Positions 54,424-64,000 of a stretch of DNA of 64,000 bases are shown in pieces; position 1 is the first letter of the stretch; each line of letters starts with the position of its first letter. Source of the stretch: a virus. The position numbers and the translations under genes are program-made. Under the pieces are notes generated by a model. The model was not told the origin of the DNA, did not search any database, and saw nothing but the letters and a program-made list of their open reading frames with translations. The DNA lies in IMG/VR virus record IMGVR_UViG_3300031954_000001, positions 1 to 64,000 of that record; one strand, given 5' to 3'.

Positions 54424-55060
54424 ACCCGTCGCGCGGCCCGGACGGCGTGCACGGACATCCATCAGGCGCCCGGCCGCGGGTATCGCCATCGAGCCCGCCC
54501 GTCTCACCTGGTGGCGGGACTTTCGGGCGATGTCGCGGCAGGACCTGTCAAGGAAGCTAGCCGCTCTCTGGCTGGCCGAAGACCCGGACGCGATCCCGTT
54601 CATTCACCTTACGACGATCCCGGAAGACGGGCACCGGGCCTCGCCGTCGCTGCTAGACCTTCGCCACTGCACTGTGTGCGGGGGAAAGATCCGCGGCGGG
54701 CTGACCCGTGACGCGATCGCCAAGTTCGAGAATCCCGACCCGGAACAGCGGCGCCGGCCCAAGGCGAGCACCGTGCGCGCGCTGTGCGCCGCGCTATCCA
54801 GCCCGGACCGGGTAGTGCGACCCGGCGACCTGCTGCCTGGCGGGCCGCCGCTCGTGCTGTCCGCCGAGGCCCGAGACCGGCAGTCCCGGCTGGATTACAA
54901 CGACGGGATGCGCGAGTTCGCCGACGCGCTCGGCCGGCCGGAACTGTACCGGAACCCGGCCGGGCGTATCTTCTACACCAGGGAACTGAAGGACATGTAC
55001 GACCGCTGGCTGACCGAGTCCGGGACCGGGACCGGTGAGCCAGCCGCGATGGCTAGCTAG
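54401..55060 (+). CDS. XRE-like HTH protein with inserted Zn knuckle
   Basis: LTWWR....MSRQDLS [H..CTVC insert] LTRDAIAKFEN...RPKASTVRALCAAL. Confidence 0.7.
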   Translation: MTTMTKDRPVARPGRRARTSIRRPAAGIAIEPARLTWWRDFRAMSRQDLSRKLAALWLAEDPDAIPFIHLTTIPEDGHRASPSLLDLRHCTVCGGKIRGGLTRDAIAKFENPDPEQRRRPKASTVRALCAALSSPDRVVRPGDLLPGGPPLVLSAEARDRQSRLDYNDGMREFADALGRPELYRNPAGRIFYTRELKDMYDRWLTESGTGTGEPAAMAS

Positions 55061-55078
55061 CCTGCTCGGGGAGGCTTC

Positions 55079-55192
55079 GTGGGTAACATCGAGGAGACCG
55101 GCGAGGAGATCATCCTGGAGCCGCTGGACGAGCCCGCGGAGATCCCGGTCACCCCGGTCCTGGTGCCGGAACGCCAGCCCGTGCCCGTATAG
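55079..55192 (+). CDS. Small acidic Pro/Glu-rich peptide (37 aa)
   Basis: GGGGAGG RBS, GTG start; GNIEETGEEIILEPLDEPAEIPVTPVLVPERQPVPV. Confidence 0.6.
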   Translation: MGNIEETGEEIILEPLDEPAEIPVTPVLVPERQPVPV

Positions 55193-55201
55193 AGCTTCAT
55201 T

Positions 55202-56290
55202 ATGGATAAAGACGACGCGGACCGGGAGCTGAGCGACGCCCAGCGTCAGATCGAGACGATGGGCCAGTACATCCAGGACACCTACGCCCGCGGCAGCCTG
55301 GTCCACCCGCCCGGCGGCTCCGGGTCCGCGTACAGCATCCATTACAGCGGCGGGGGCGGTGCCGGCGGCGGCGGGTACGCGCCTGGCGGCCTGAACCTGG
55401 GCGGCGGGGGCGGAGGATCCAGCTCGGGCATCCCGCAGTTCCTGCCCGGCGGAGGCGCGGGCGGGGGAGGCTTCTATGGCGGGCGAGCCGGGAGCATCAG
55501 CACCGTTATCCGGAACACGGGCGAGACCGGGTTCGGTGAGACCGGCTCGGATGACGTACCCACCGCGGCCGGGTCTGTCACCGGGTACCGGTGGTGGAAA
55601 CTGCCTGTCCCGGATTTCCGGCACTCCCCGGTGCACGCCGAGCAGCACTGGCCGCACAACCCGCTGGCTGGCATGCGGGCGCCATGGGAAATCAAGGGCG
55701 GCGTCTACACCGCGGCCTGCCTGGCTCCGGGCGGAGGTCAGCACGATCCGGACCGCATCCCGAATGCGAGCTGTGGTTGCGGGTTCTGGGCCTACTGGCA
55801 CCCCGAGGACCGCAAGTTCCACGACGCCGGGACCGTTCCGGTGTTCGGCGTGATCAAAGGCTTCGGCCGGTTCCGCAACGGCCGCAAGGGCTTCCGGGTG
55901 CACAAGGCCCGCATCCTGGCCCTGCACCTGGCGTTCACCCTCATGCCGTACATCGACACGCTCGGCAGGCCGTTTGATCCGCGCCTGACCACCCGCACCA
56001 TGGACGACGGCCGCCAGGTCCTGCTGCCCTCCTCGGTCAGCTACGCCGAGGCCGCGGCGGCGATGGCGCACGCCGACGCCTGGGTCGCGGTCATGGGCGA
56101 CCGGCTGGAGCAGGACTACCCCGGCGTGACCATCTGCGAGACTCGCGACCGGCTGCTGGCCAGCTTCCCGCCGGACCCCAGCGGGAGCCTGCCGGAGCCG
56201 AGGGGCTGCGTGTGGTGCGGTGACGTGACCCCGTCCTACGGCCACGAGCTGTACTGCCCTGGCCGGCACTGGTTCCGGGTCGATGGCTAG
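55202..56290 (+). CDS. Hypothetical protein, Gly-rich linker plus CxCG Zn-binding domain
   Basis: TGYRWW...C...H..P...CGCGFWAY...VFGVI.G.G....GFR...ARI.AL. Confidence 0.75.
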   Translation: MDKDDADRELSDAQRQIETMGQYIQDTYARGSLVHPPGGSGSAYSIHYSGGGGAGGGGYAPGGLNLGGGGGGSSSGIPQFLPGGGAGGGGFYGGRAGSISTVIRNTGETGFGETGSDDVPTAAGSVTGYRWWKLPVPDFRHSPVHAEQHWPHNPLAGMRAPWEIKGGVYTAACLAPGGGQHDPDRIPNASCGCGFWAYWHPEDRKFHDAGTVPVFGVIKGFGRFRNGRKGFRVHKARILALHLAFTLMPYIDTLGRPFDPRLTTRTMDDGRQVLLPSSVSYAEAAAAMAHADAWVAVMGDRLEQDYPGVTICETRDRLLASFPPDPSGSLPEPRGCVWCGDVTPSYGHELYCPGRHWFRVDG

Positions 56291-56485
56291 CTGGGATGCC
56301 TGGGCCTTTACTCTTACCGCGCGCTCGGTCGCGCTTGTTGCGGACATGTTCTGGACATGGCTGATCGCATTCAGCATCTGGTGCTCTCGCGACCAGGGCC
56401 GCCACCGCAAGCGTTAACCCCCATAATCTCCTGACCTGGGTTATCTCTGCCCAGGACCAGGTGAAACCAGCTGCAGGAGCCGGAT

Positions 56486-56514
56486 TTGGCCTGTGCAGCT
56501 GTCTGCGCTATACT
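56486..56514 (+). promoter_or_regulatory. Promoter with palindrome over the -10 box
   Basis: TTGGCC-17 bp-TATACT; inverted repeat tctgcgctatac..gtatacgcaga. Confidence 0.5.
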
Positions 56515-56587
56515 AGCTGTATACGCAGAACAGACCAAGAGATCCGATCAAGGTCACCGAATCCCCGAAAGGAAGGGCATCGGAAAC

Positions 56588-57892
56588 ATGCACCAGCAAA
56601 CCATCGAGGCCAGGAACGCGGAACTGGAAGACGTTCTGGTGATCCTGCAGGAGCAGCGGGCGCGACGGCTTGACGTCGTGGTCCGCCACCACATGATCGA
56701 CGCCCACGGCGGTCAGATCCTCGTCCGCGCCGGAGACTCCACCCAGTGGGTCAGCGCCGAGGGAGTCACCTCCGCGGCCGGCGTCTACCGGCCCACCGCG
56801 GTCGCCGACGAGGGCCTGGCCGGCCTGCTCGGCGTGGACGGCGGGTTCCTGAAGAAACTGCGCCGGCTCGACCCTGGCCGCACCGACCTGTGGGACGCCA
56901 TCGTCGGCGGCTTCCTGCACGGCGGTCACGAGGTCATCGACGGCGAAGACCGCAACTACCCGCCCTACGACGGCGCGATCCTGCTCCGCCTGCTCAAGGG
57001 CGACGAGGAGACGGACGGCGTGCTGCGCGCCGCGCTGTCTCCCCGGTACAAGATCATCGACAACCTGGACGTCCTGCTCGCCGTGATGGCCGGGCTCCGC
57101 GACGCCGGGGTGGACGCCTACCCGGACGTCTCCGACCTGACCGAGCGCCGGATGCACGTCCGGTTCGCGGTCCCCGGGATCGCCGCGCTCGCGCCGCTCC
57201 TGCTGGAAGGCTACCGGTCTCCGTTCGACGGACCCGGCGGCATCAAGCGGGCCGGGAACATGCGGCTGGACGTCGGCCGCTTCGGCCGCGACTCCGAGGG
57301 CCTGCAGCGGGTCCTGGCCGCCGCTCGCCATGAGGGCAAGGAATACCCGCCCGGCCAGGAGCCCATCGTGTTCGCCGGGATCAAGGTCACCAACTCCGAC
57401 GTGGGCGAGGGTGCCCGGTCGATCGCGCCGGAGATCATCATCCAGATCTGCGGCAACCGGTTCACCCTGGCCGCCTCGGCCGACCGCGCGGTGCACCTGG
57501 GCTCGTCCAAGGACGAGGGCGTCATCCAGTGGTCCGCCGAGACCATGGAGCGCGAGCTGCAGCTGATCACCAGCCAGGCCAGCGACGCGGTCAGGACCTT
57601 CCTGACTCCCGAGTGGTTCGCCGGCAAGGTCGCCGAGATCGAGGCTGAGGCCGGCGCTCCGGTGGACAAGGCCGAGGAGGTCATCCGGGACGTCTCCCGG
57701 CAGGCCGGCTTCACCCAGGGCGAGGAGGCCGACATCCTGGCGCACTTCCTGCGCGGCGGCAAGTACACCTCCGGTGGCGTGGCCAACGCGATCACCTCGG
57801 TGAGCCAGACGCTGGAGTCCGCGGACCGAGCGGCCGAGCTGGACGCCAAGGCCATCCCGGCCATGGCCCACGCGGCACGGCTGGCCGGCTAA
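56588..57892 (+). CDS. DUF932/DUF945-like phage protein
   Basis: RAALSPRYKIIDNLDVL...NSDVGEG....P......CGN. Confidence 0.7.
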   Translation: MHQQTIEARNAELEDVLVILQEQRARRLDVVVRHHMIDAHGGQILVRAGDSTQWVSAEGVTSAAGVYRPTAVADEGLAGLLGVDGGFLKKLRRLDPGRTDLWDAIVGGFLHGGHEVIDGEDRNYPPYDGAILLRLLKGDEETDGVLRAALSPRYKIIDNLDVLLAVMAGLRDAGVDAYPDVSDLTERRMHVRFAVPGIAALAPLLLEGYRSPFDGPGGIKRAGNMRLDVGRFGRDSEGLQRVLAAARHEGKEYPPGQEPIVFAGIKVTNSDVGEGARSIAPEIIIQICGNRFTLAASADRAVHLGSSKDEGVIQWSAETMERELQLITSQASDAVRTFLTPEWFAGKVAEIEAEAGAPVDKAEEVIRDVSRQAGFTQGEEADILAHFLRGGKYTSGGVANAITSVSQTLESADRAAELDAKAIPAMAHAARLAG

Positions 57893-57896
57893 GCCC

Positions 57897-58490
57897 ATGC
57901 AGGACATCCGGATCGGCGAGCTGATGAACGGCCCGCAGGTGCTGTACGACCTGCTGGCCGCCATCCAGCTCGCCGGGCCGGAGCCGGACCCCGGCCTGGC
58001 CGCCGGACCGGACCCGGTCAGCGAGCAGGTCACCTTCGTCACCGACGAGCGGGACGAGAAGCGGGTCGCCGCCATCGTCCCGGTCTGGGTCGGCGAGGCA
58101 CACCTGGAAGACACCGTAGGCGCCATCCTCGGCGCCGTTGGGAGCGATATGCCCGAAACCGGCCAGCCCGAGTCCGGAGAGCACGGGCACGAGCTGCATG
58201 CGCGGAACATCGGCCGCGTCTTCACCGCCGACGATGACGAGATCGCCGTCGATCACCTGTACGACCACGACTCCGAGCCGTGCCCCAACTGCGGCGGCAA
58301 GTGCATCACCGCCGGGCTCGTCGGCCTGGTGCTCAACACCGAGTCGGCGATGCTGACCCCGGACGAGGCGCTGCTGCTGGCCGACCGGCTCAAGCGCGCC
58401 GCCGACCTCGTCCTGGAGACCCTGGAAGACCCGCCCGACCTGGAGCGCGAAGCCGCCCGGTTCGGGATGGGAGAAGGCTCGCCCGGATAA
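57897..58490 (+). CDS. Hypothetical protein
   Basis: Codon bias; CPNC. Confidence 0.75.
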   Translation: MQDIRIGELMNGPQVLYDLLAAIQLAGPEPDPGLAAGPDPVSEQVTFVTDERDEKRVAAIVPVWVGEAHLEDTVGAILGAVGSDMPETGQPESGEHGHELHARNIGRVFTADDDEIAVDHLYDHDSEPCPNCGGKCITAGLVGLVLNTESAMLTPDEALLLADRLKRAADLVLETLEDPPDLEREAARFGMGEGSPG

Positions 58491-58498
58491 CACGACGT

Positions 58499-58539
58499 GC
58501 GCCCGCGCCGGGCAGAGCTAGGCTCCCCGGCGCGGGTGC
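58499..58539 (+). terminator. Hairpin before palindrome 58547
   Basis: gcgcccgcgccggg/cccggcgcgggtgc. Confidence 0.5.
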
Positions 58540-58597
58540 CACCACCCTCCCACCGATGGGAAGGTTCGCAGAAGAACAGGAACAGGAGACAGTACCT

Positions 58598-59773
58598 ATG
58601 CAAGACATCACCACCGCCGGCTTCGACGGCAACCCCGCCGCGGAGACCGGCACCGAACACCTCACCGGCCCGGAGACCCCGGTTTCGGCAGAGGCAGTCC
58701 CCGAGGGCCTGCGCCCGCCCGGCACCGGCCCCGACTACGTACCGGACTCGATCCCCGTCCTCGTGACGGCCAAGCCCTGGTACCTGCGCCGCCTTCCGTG
58801 GCCGTGGCGCATCGTCACCGCCCTGGCGAGCGTCGCCGCTGGCTGGCTCATCGCCGCAGCCATCATGAGCGCTTTCCCGTTCGCCAGCCATCCGGCCAGC
58901 GGCGCGGACGCCATCCTGGCGCACGACGGCTACTCCGGCTCCATCACGATCTCCGGGTCGCTGTGGCAGCAGGCCCTCGGCGCCCAGGGCGGCAACGCCG
59001 GCGACATCGCCGCGGCCCGCGCCATGCTCAGCTCGGGCACGATCGGCTTCAAGGGCGCCAACGCCGAGATCGTCTTCGGCCTCACCCAGGCCGGCCAGGC
59101 GCTGATCCCGGCTGAGCTGCCGACCGCCAAGCCCGGCGACTTCGGTCCGGGCGTCACCGCGCACATGGACCACGGCTACTTCGTGATGGACGGCCCGACG
59201 TCCACGCTGGGCAGCCCGTCCCAGTACCGGACCCAGTCGTCGGTCAGCCTTACCGCGGCGGTTACCCCGGCCCAGGTCACCTGGCACGTGCACGAGCACA
59301 ACGTGCCCGACACGACCGACGTCACCGGCCCCGCCACCGTCGCTACCCCGGACGGTCCCGTGTGGGCGCAGGACAACCTGGAGCGCACTGTCACCGCGGT
59401 CCAGGACCAGGGCAACCCGCAGCTGTGGCACGTCACCGTGGCCAGCACCGGGTCGTTCTCCGCGTTCGCCAACCCCATCGACGGCAACGCATGGGCCGGC
59501 AGCGGATCGGTCAAGGGCTCCATCGAGTTCGACGTGACCTCACCGGTCGCGCCGACCGCGGCGGGTCTGCCCGCGCAGCTGAACGACGGCGAGCACAGCA
59601 CCGCGCTGGCGCTGGACCTGTTCGGCGGCCAGGGCTCGGTGACCGGCGGCGGCCACTACCAGTTCGACTACAACCCGGTCCCCGTGCCCGGTGACGCCGT
59701 GTACCCCTCGGGTACTTTCGGCATCTTCTACGGCCAGGGTCCGGACGGCCTGCACTACACCCAGGCCGGCTAG
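58598..59773 (+). CDS. Membrane-anchored extracellular protein
   Basis: GAACAGGAGAC RBS; one TM followed by a beta-rich domain. Confidence 0.8.
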   Translation: MQDITTAGFDGNPAAETGTEHLTGPETPVSAEAVPEGLRPPGTGPDYVPDSIPVLVTAKPWYLRRLPWPWRIVTALASVAAGWLIAAAIMSAFPFASHPASGADAILAHDGYSGSITISGSLWQQALGAQGGNAGDIAAARAMLSSGTIGFKGANAEIVFGLTQAGQALIPAELPTAKPGDFGPGVTAHMDHGYFVMDGPTSTLGSPSQYRTQSSVSLTAAVTPAQVTWHVHEHNVPDTTDVTGPATVATPDGPVWAQDNLERTVTAVQDQGNPQLWHVTVASTGSFSAFANPIDGNAWAGSGSVKGSIEFDVTSPVAPTAAGLPAQLNDGEHSTALALDLFGGQGSVTGGGHYQFDYNPVPVPGDAVYPSGTFGIFYGQGPDGLHYTQAG

Positions 59774-59780
59774 CCCCGGC

Positions 59781-59815
59781 GGCCCGCGCCTGCAGGCGGA
59801 ACGCAGGCGCGGGCC
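59781..59815 (+). terminator. 13-bp perfect hairpin
   Basis: ggcccgcgcctgc/gcaggcgcgggcc. Confidence 0.6.
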
Positions 59816-59850
59816 TTCCGGCCCAACATCCCAGAACAGGAGACTAGACC

Positions 59851-60399
59851 ATGACCAAGACACTCGACGGCATCGCGATCGCCATCCTCGCCACGTGCCT
59901 GCTACTCGCCGGCTGCGGGCACAGCAAGTCCTCGTCGGCGAACCCGACCACGCTCGTCCCGACCGGCGCGGCCAGCTCGGCACATAGCGCGATCAGCTCG
60001 ATAGAGGCGAACCCAACCACGTCCGCTGAGGCCGCCCAGGCCAAGGCCCTGGTGAAGTCCTGCTTCGCCGGCACGCCGCTGCAGCAGATCCACCAGATCC
60101 ACCTGGTGTTCCTGTCCAGCGCCAGCGGCAAGAACGGCGCCGCGGTCACTCAGGCCCGGGACACGACGTTCACCTGCCTCGGCATCCCGGCTGACAAGCG
60201 GCAGGCGTTCATCAACGACGCGCTCACCGCGGCCGAGCACGCGAACCCGAAGCTGACCACGCACGCCGGCCGGGTGAACTACCTGGAGGTCACGCTGCCG
60301 CAGCTGGTTCTCAAGTACAAGGGCCAGGCCGGCTACACCCCGCCTGCCAGCCCCGGCGCGGGCACCGTTCCCGGCACCGCACCGAGCCCGAGCGCATAG
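59851..60399 (+). CDS. Lipoprotein
   Basis: LLLAGC lipobox. Confidence 0.85.
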   Translation: MTKTLDGIAIAILATCLLLAGCGHSKSSSANPTTLVPTGAASSAHSAISSIEANPTTSAEAAQAKALVKSCFAGTPLQQIHQIHLVFLSSASGKNGAAVTQARDTTFTCLGIPADKRQAFINDALTAAEHANPKLTTHAGRVNYLEVTLPQLVLKYKGQAGYTPPASPGAGTVPGTAPSPSA

Positions 60400-60408
60400 G
60401 AGCACCCT

Positions 60409-61308
60409 ATGACCGCAGAAACCGTACCCGCCCACCGCAAGCCGCAGCCGGTGCTGTGGAACGGCGAGCACGTCAAAGGCCGCTGGCTCCAGACCCGCGT
60501 CTGGGGCGCGATCCTCGGCGTGCTCGTCGTCGGCCTGATCGCCGGGATCTACTTCGCCCTGTGGCAGGTCAACTGGTACGTCCACGTCGGGCCGGTGCAC
60601 TTCGGGCTGTTCAACCTCAAGCGGAGCTGGGACGGCGGGACCTGGTGGCCGAGCTGGCTCGGGCACTGGGCGGACTACCGGCACTACGCGTTCCGCGACG
60701 AGCTGGAACCCGCGGTCGCCACCTTGATCGTGCTGTCCCTGCTCGCCGGCGAGAAGTACTGGAAGTACCGGCTGCCCGCCTGGCAGGTCGCCGTGCGCGT
60801 CGTCGCGGTGCTCGTCCTGGCGATCGGCCTGGGCGTCCTCGGCGTGTACCTGCGGGACTTCGGCCTGCCGGGCGCCTGGGCGCACTCCGCCACGGCTGCC
60901 GGCCACCCCGGGTACAACCTGCGCAGCGGATTCGGCTGGGCCGGCAAGATCAGCCTGTTCACCCTGGCGTGGGGCGCCCTGATGGGCTTCGTCCTGCACC
61001 GGCTGTGGGCACCCGCCGGAGCGACTATCCAGGGCTACTGGACGGACCGGCTGGCCGACCGCGGCCGGGGCCGCAAGCACCCCGCCTGGTACATCCGCTG
61101 GCCGTTCTCCCCGCCGGTCGTCCGCGAGCGGTACTCCGAGCTGTACCTGCACCCGGAGATCACCATCGCCAAGCCCGGCAAGGCCAGCCGCTGGCTGATC
61201 GGCATCATCACGTTCGTCGTGGTGCTGCTCGTCCCGCTGGGGCTGCTGGCCAAGTGGGGCATCGGCGCGCATCACGTCCACGTCCCGTACCTGGCCCCGA
61301 AGGGCTGA
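60409..61308 (+). CDS. Polytopic membrane protein
   Basis: About five hydrophobic segments. Confidence 0.85.
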   Translation: MTAETVPAHRKPQPVLWNGEHVKGRWLQTRVWGAILGVLVVGLIAGIYFALWQVNWYVHVGPVHFGLFNLKRSWDGGTWWPSWLGHWADYRHYAFRDELEPAVATLIVLSLLAGEKYWKYRLPAWQVAVRVVAVLVLAIGLGVLGVYLRDFGLPGAWAHSATAAGHPGYNLRSGFGWAGKISLFTLAWGALMGFVLHRLWAPAGATIQGYWTDRLADRGRGRKHPAWYIRWPFSPPVVRERYSELYLHPEITIAKPGKASRWLIGIITFVVVLLVPLGLLAKWGIGAHHVHVPYLAPKG

Positions 61309-61321
61309 GAGGAGCCACATC

Positions 61322-62200
61322 ATGTGCGTAACCCTGTACGACGCCAAGCTGGGGCAGACCCGCATCGCGGGCTGGCGGATCCCCGGCGACCAGGAGCACG
61401 CGATCATGTACGGAAACCAGCCGCAGAACCTGGTCTCCGTGCCGAACGCGATGATCCTGCACATCCCGCTCGCGCCCGGCGCGGTCCTGACCATGGCCAA
61501 CTTCCTGCCCACTGAAGGGCTGCGGCACGTCCTCGCGGACATGTGGGCCGCCGCGCCGAAGTGGCAGGAGGAGGGCATGAGCCGCAGCTTCGGCGGGCGG
61601 CTCACCCGCGGCACCGTGGTCACATTCGACATGGGCAGCTACACCTGGGTCGCAGCCACCAACGCCGACGCGGACGAGATCATCACCGCGCTAGAGCAGG
61701 TGCACCCTGACCGCCGACCGCACCTCAGTGCAGGACTGATCCGTTTCTACCAGCAGACCTGGCCGGACGACGCGCTGGCCATCGGCTGCTTCGCCCGGGC
61801 GGACGGCGACGACACCGAGCCGGTCTGCGTGAAGTATCCGCCGCGCAGCTACCGCGTCCTGCGCTACCCGGCGACCGACGCGCACGGCCACATCCCCGCC
61901 TGGGGCGAGCCGGTGTTCGTCAACCACCAGATCATCGCCGGCACCGACGAGTTCGGGATCGGCGGCCGGGTCACCTACCAGGAGGAGGCCCGGATGGGTG
62001 ACCGCCTGGCCGGTATCATCCCGCGGCTGGTCATCGGCGCGGAACTGCTCCGCATCCCGATGATCCAGGGCGATTTCTACATCGACTTCGGCCAGGACTT
62101 CACCCTGCCTGCCGGGTCGGTCGATCTGCAGCGCGCGAACGGACCCGAGCTGGACAGCCGCGCGAAGGCGGTCCCGATGCTGCTGTCCAGCCGCAGCTGA
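61322..62200 (+). CDS. Hypothetical protein
   Basis: GAGGAG RBS; N.PQNL...NAMILHIP...P..DAHG. Confidence 0.8.
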   Translation: MCVTLYDAKLGQTRIAGWRIPGDQEHAIMYGNQPQNLVSVPNAMILHIPLAPGAVLTMANFLPTEGLRHVLADMWAAAPKWQEEGMSRSFGGRLTRGTVVTFDMGSYTWVAATNADADEIITALEQVHPDRRPHLSAGLIRFYQQTWPDDALAIGCFARADGDDTEPVCVKYPPRSYRVLRYPATDAHGHIPAWGEPVFVNHQIIAGTDEFGIGGRVTYQEEARMGDRLAGIIPRLVIGAELLRIPMIQGDFYIDFGQDFTLPAGSVDLQRANGPELDSRAKAVPMLLSSRS

Positions 62201-62212
62201 GAGGAGGCAGTC

Positions 62213-62545
62213 ATGGCTAACCAGGGCAACCTGCCGGGTGAGGACTACCAGTCGCAGCCCGGCTACCTGCGCCGCGACGACGGTACCCTCATGCCGGTCG
62301 GGGAGCACCTGCCGCCCGTGCGCGACTCGTGGACTGGCGTCCCGCACCGCTACCTGGTGACCTACCCAGGCCAGCCCGAGACCGAGGTAGACGTACGCAC
62401 CTGGCAGGCCGCCGAGCGCGCGGCCGGGTTCAGCGCCCCGGAAGGGCACAACGCCACCGCCGGGTTCACCGGACGCGGCATCGAGGGACGGATCGAGTTC
62501 GGCCCGCTGGACGGCATGCTGAGCGACCCGGAGGAGGACGCATGA
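62213..62545 (+). CDS. Hypothetical protein
   Basis: GAGGAGG RBS; AERAAGF...ATAGF. Confidence 0.75.
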   Translation: MANQGNLPGEDYQSQPGYLRRDDGTLMPVGEHLPPVRDSWTGVPHRYLVTYPGQPETEVDVRTWQAAERAAGFSAPEGHNATAGFTGRGIEGRIEFGPLDGMLSDPEEDA

Positions 62546-62817
62546 GCCACAGTAAGCGGCCGGGTCTGGCGGTCCCGACCCCGGACCGTCCGGTGTTCGC
62601 CGACGACGGCGGGTTCGCTGACCCGGAGATGGCCGCGTTCCATGCCACCTACATCCAGGGCGGGTACTCCTGCCCGGAGCGCGAGTGCGCCCGGATGCTG
62701 CTAGACGGCGGCGCAGGCGAACGGCGCGCGGCGGCGTGGATGATCGAGCGGGGCCTGGGCCTGGAGGACCTGCAGTGGGACTCCGGGATGCTGGAGCATT
62801 ACCGGTCCCGGGCATGA
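62542..62817 (+). CDS. Hypothetical protein
   Basis: GGAGGAGG RBS. Confidence 0.7.
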   Translation: MSHSKRPGLAVPTPDRPVFADDGGFADPEMAAFHATYIQGGYSCPERECARMLLDGGAGERRAAAWMIERGLGLEDLQWDSGMLEHYRSRA

Positions 62818-62879
62818 GAACGACCCGGTGTCGGTCCCGCTGCGGCCGGCGTCGGGCGCTAAAGGAACAGGAGACAGAC

Positions 62880-63164
62880 ATGGAACTGGCAGAAGTGATC
62901 GAGGGGATGCACGTCCGGCTGCTCGGCCCGGAAGACCACCCGCTGCACGGCGTGACCGGCGTTGTCGGCCGGGTCATGGGCGCGGCGTGGATGTGGCGCA
63001 ATCGCCCGTCCGACATGATGGACGCTCCGTTCGCCTGGACGGATGGGCAGGTGCTGGTCAGCCTGGACAACAGGCCCCGGCTGCCGGACCGCGGAGACGG
63101 GCGTCACTGCCCGCCGTGGTGCCCGCTGGTCATCGTGCGCCCGGAGGAGATCGAGGCGATATGA
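62880..63164 (+). CDS. Hypothetical protein
   Basis: GAACAGGAGAC RBS. Confidence 0.75.
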   Translation: MELAEVIEGMHVRLLGPEDHPLHGVTGVVGRVMGAAWMWRNRPSDMMDAPFAWTDGQVLVSLDNRPRLPDRGDGRHCPPWCPLVIVRPEEIEAI

Positions 63165-64000
63165 GCAAGGCGAACAGGCGTAAGCGAGCCAGGAAACGCA
63201 ATCCGGCGCAGCGCTCCGGCCGCCGGGTAGCCGATCCGCGCCCGGCCCGCCGCGACGGCGGGTACGGGCTGACCGTCCACGGTACCGCCGAACCGTACGA
63301 CACGGGGAACCTGCACCCGTCGCTGCGCGGGCTGGGACCGGACGACGAGATCGACGTGATCATCACGCCGGACGATGACGCTGCCCCGCCGCCGGGCGGG
63401 GGCGAGCTGCTGGGCACGCTGCGCAGGCCGATGACGGGCGACGACGGCCGGATCCTGTCCGAGGGCGCCCGGGTCTGGCGGGATCTCCGCACGCCCGCGG
63501 AGCGCCGCGCAGCCGGTGCCACGAAGTTCGGCGAGTTCACCGACGACCCCGGCGAGCTCATCAACCCGGCAGGCGTTCAGCTGCAGGCCCCGGAGGACGT
63601 GATCCTGGACATCGGACGGCCCGGACCAGGGTCGCGCACCGCGATCGCCGGCGGCCCGCACGACGAGCCGCGCGTGGTCGCGGACTACCGGCAGCAGCTG
63701 GAGCAGGACGCGGTCCCGGCCGCGTTCCGGGCCAGGCGCAAGGCGGCGGGCGGCTCGGCGGCCGACCTGGTGCAGGCACTGGAGGAGGAGTCCGAGGGCC
63801 TGGCTGCGCGGCTGGCCCGGGGCCTGTCCGCTGAGGAGCTGGCCGAGCTGGCACCGCAGATCGCCCGGGCCGCGTCGATCGGCGGCGTGGCACCCGGCAA
63901 GTACTCGTTCACCACCGGACAGCCTGAGCCCGGCGGCGAGATCGTCGTCTCCGGCCCGCCGCCCGGTCCCGGACTGGCAACCGAGTCCGTCCCGGCGACC
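63161..64000 (+). CDS. Hypothetical protein, truncated by the window end
   Basis: GAGG RBS, ATGA overlap; MSKANRRKRARKR; no stop seen before the end. Confidence 0.65.
   Translation, partial: MSKANRRKRARKRNPAQRSGRRVADPRPARRDGGYGLTVHGTAEPYDTGNLHPSLRGLGPDDEIDVIITPDDDAAPPPGGGELLGTLRRPMTGDDGRILSEGARVWRDLRTPAERRAAGATKFGEFTDDPGELINPAGVQLQAPEDVILDIGRPGPGSRTAIAGGPHDEPRVVADYRQQLEQDAVPAAFRARRKAAGGSAADLVQALEEESEGLAARLARGLSAEELAELAPQIARAASIGGVAPGKYSFTTGQPEPGGEIVVSGPPPGPGLATESVPAT

Noticed and set aside
56513-61632. Long antisense ORFs (for example 56513-58225, 59902-61632, also 54794-56410 and 50252-51694)
   Set aside because: Shadow ORFs expected opposite high-GC3 genes; no RBS or protein motifs

Overview
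A very GC-rich segment that reads as about 64 kb of a large actinobacteriophage (or phage-like element), apparently starting at or near a genome end. No terminase, capsid, tail or integrase gene is recognisable, so the virion module must lie outside the window. Layout: (i) 1-2.1 kb, a non-coding terminal region with LexA-like boxes, GTTAG-N5-CTAAC repeats, G-rich tandem repeats and a promoter followed by a ~430-nt highly structured RNA candidate; (ii) 2.1-31.7 kb, a + strand array of about 65 mostly small genes (two histone-like proteins, a Zn-ribbon protein plus M28-like peptidase, DUF4192, HNH, lipoproteins); (iii) 31.7-49.2 kb, a - strand replication/recombination/lysis arm (Cas4-like nuclease, SSB-like protein, SNF2 helicase, NDT-like, MazG-like, RuvC-like, HNHs, a 1434-aa primase-helicase-PolA fusion, DNA methyltransferase, DUF1906 endolysin, chorismate-lyase-like protein); (iv) 49.3-64 kb, + strand accessory genes (Lsr2-like, XRE-like, DUF932-like, membrane proteins). 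The most striking unexplained layer is non-coding: 22 copies of a 16-bp palindrome (YTCCCA-N4-TGGGAR) whose flanks follow the direction of transcription and which is often joined to a standard ribosome-binding leader, a well-formed type II hammerhead ribozyme, a thrice-repeated covarying multi-stem RNA motif, and the large ncRNA. All protein calls come from motif recognition by eye; no database search was run.
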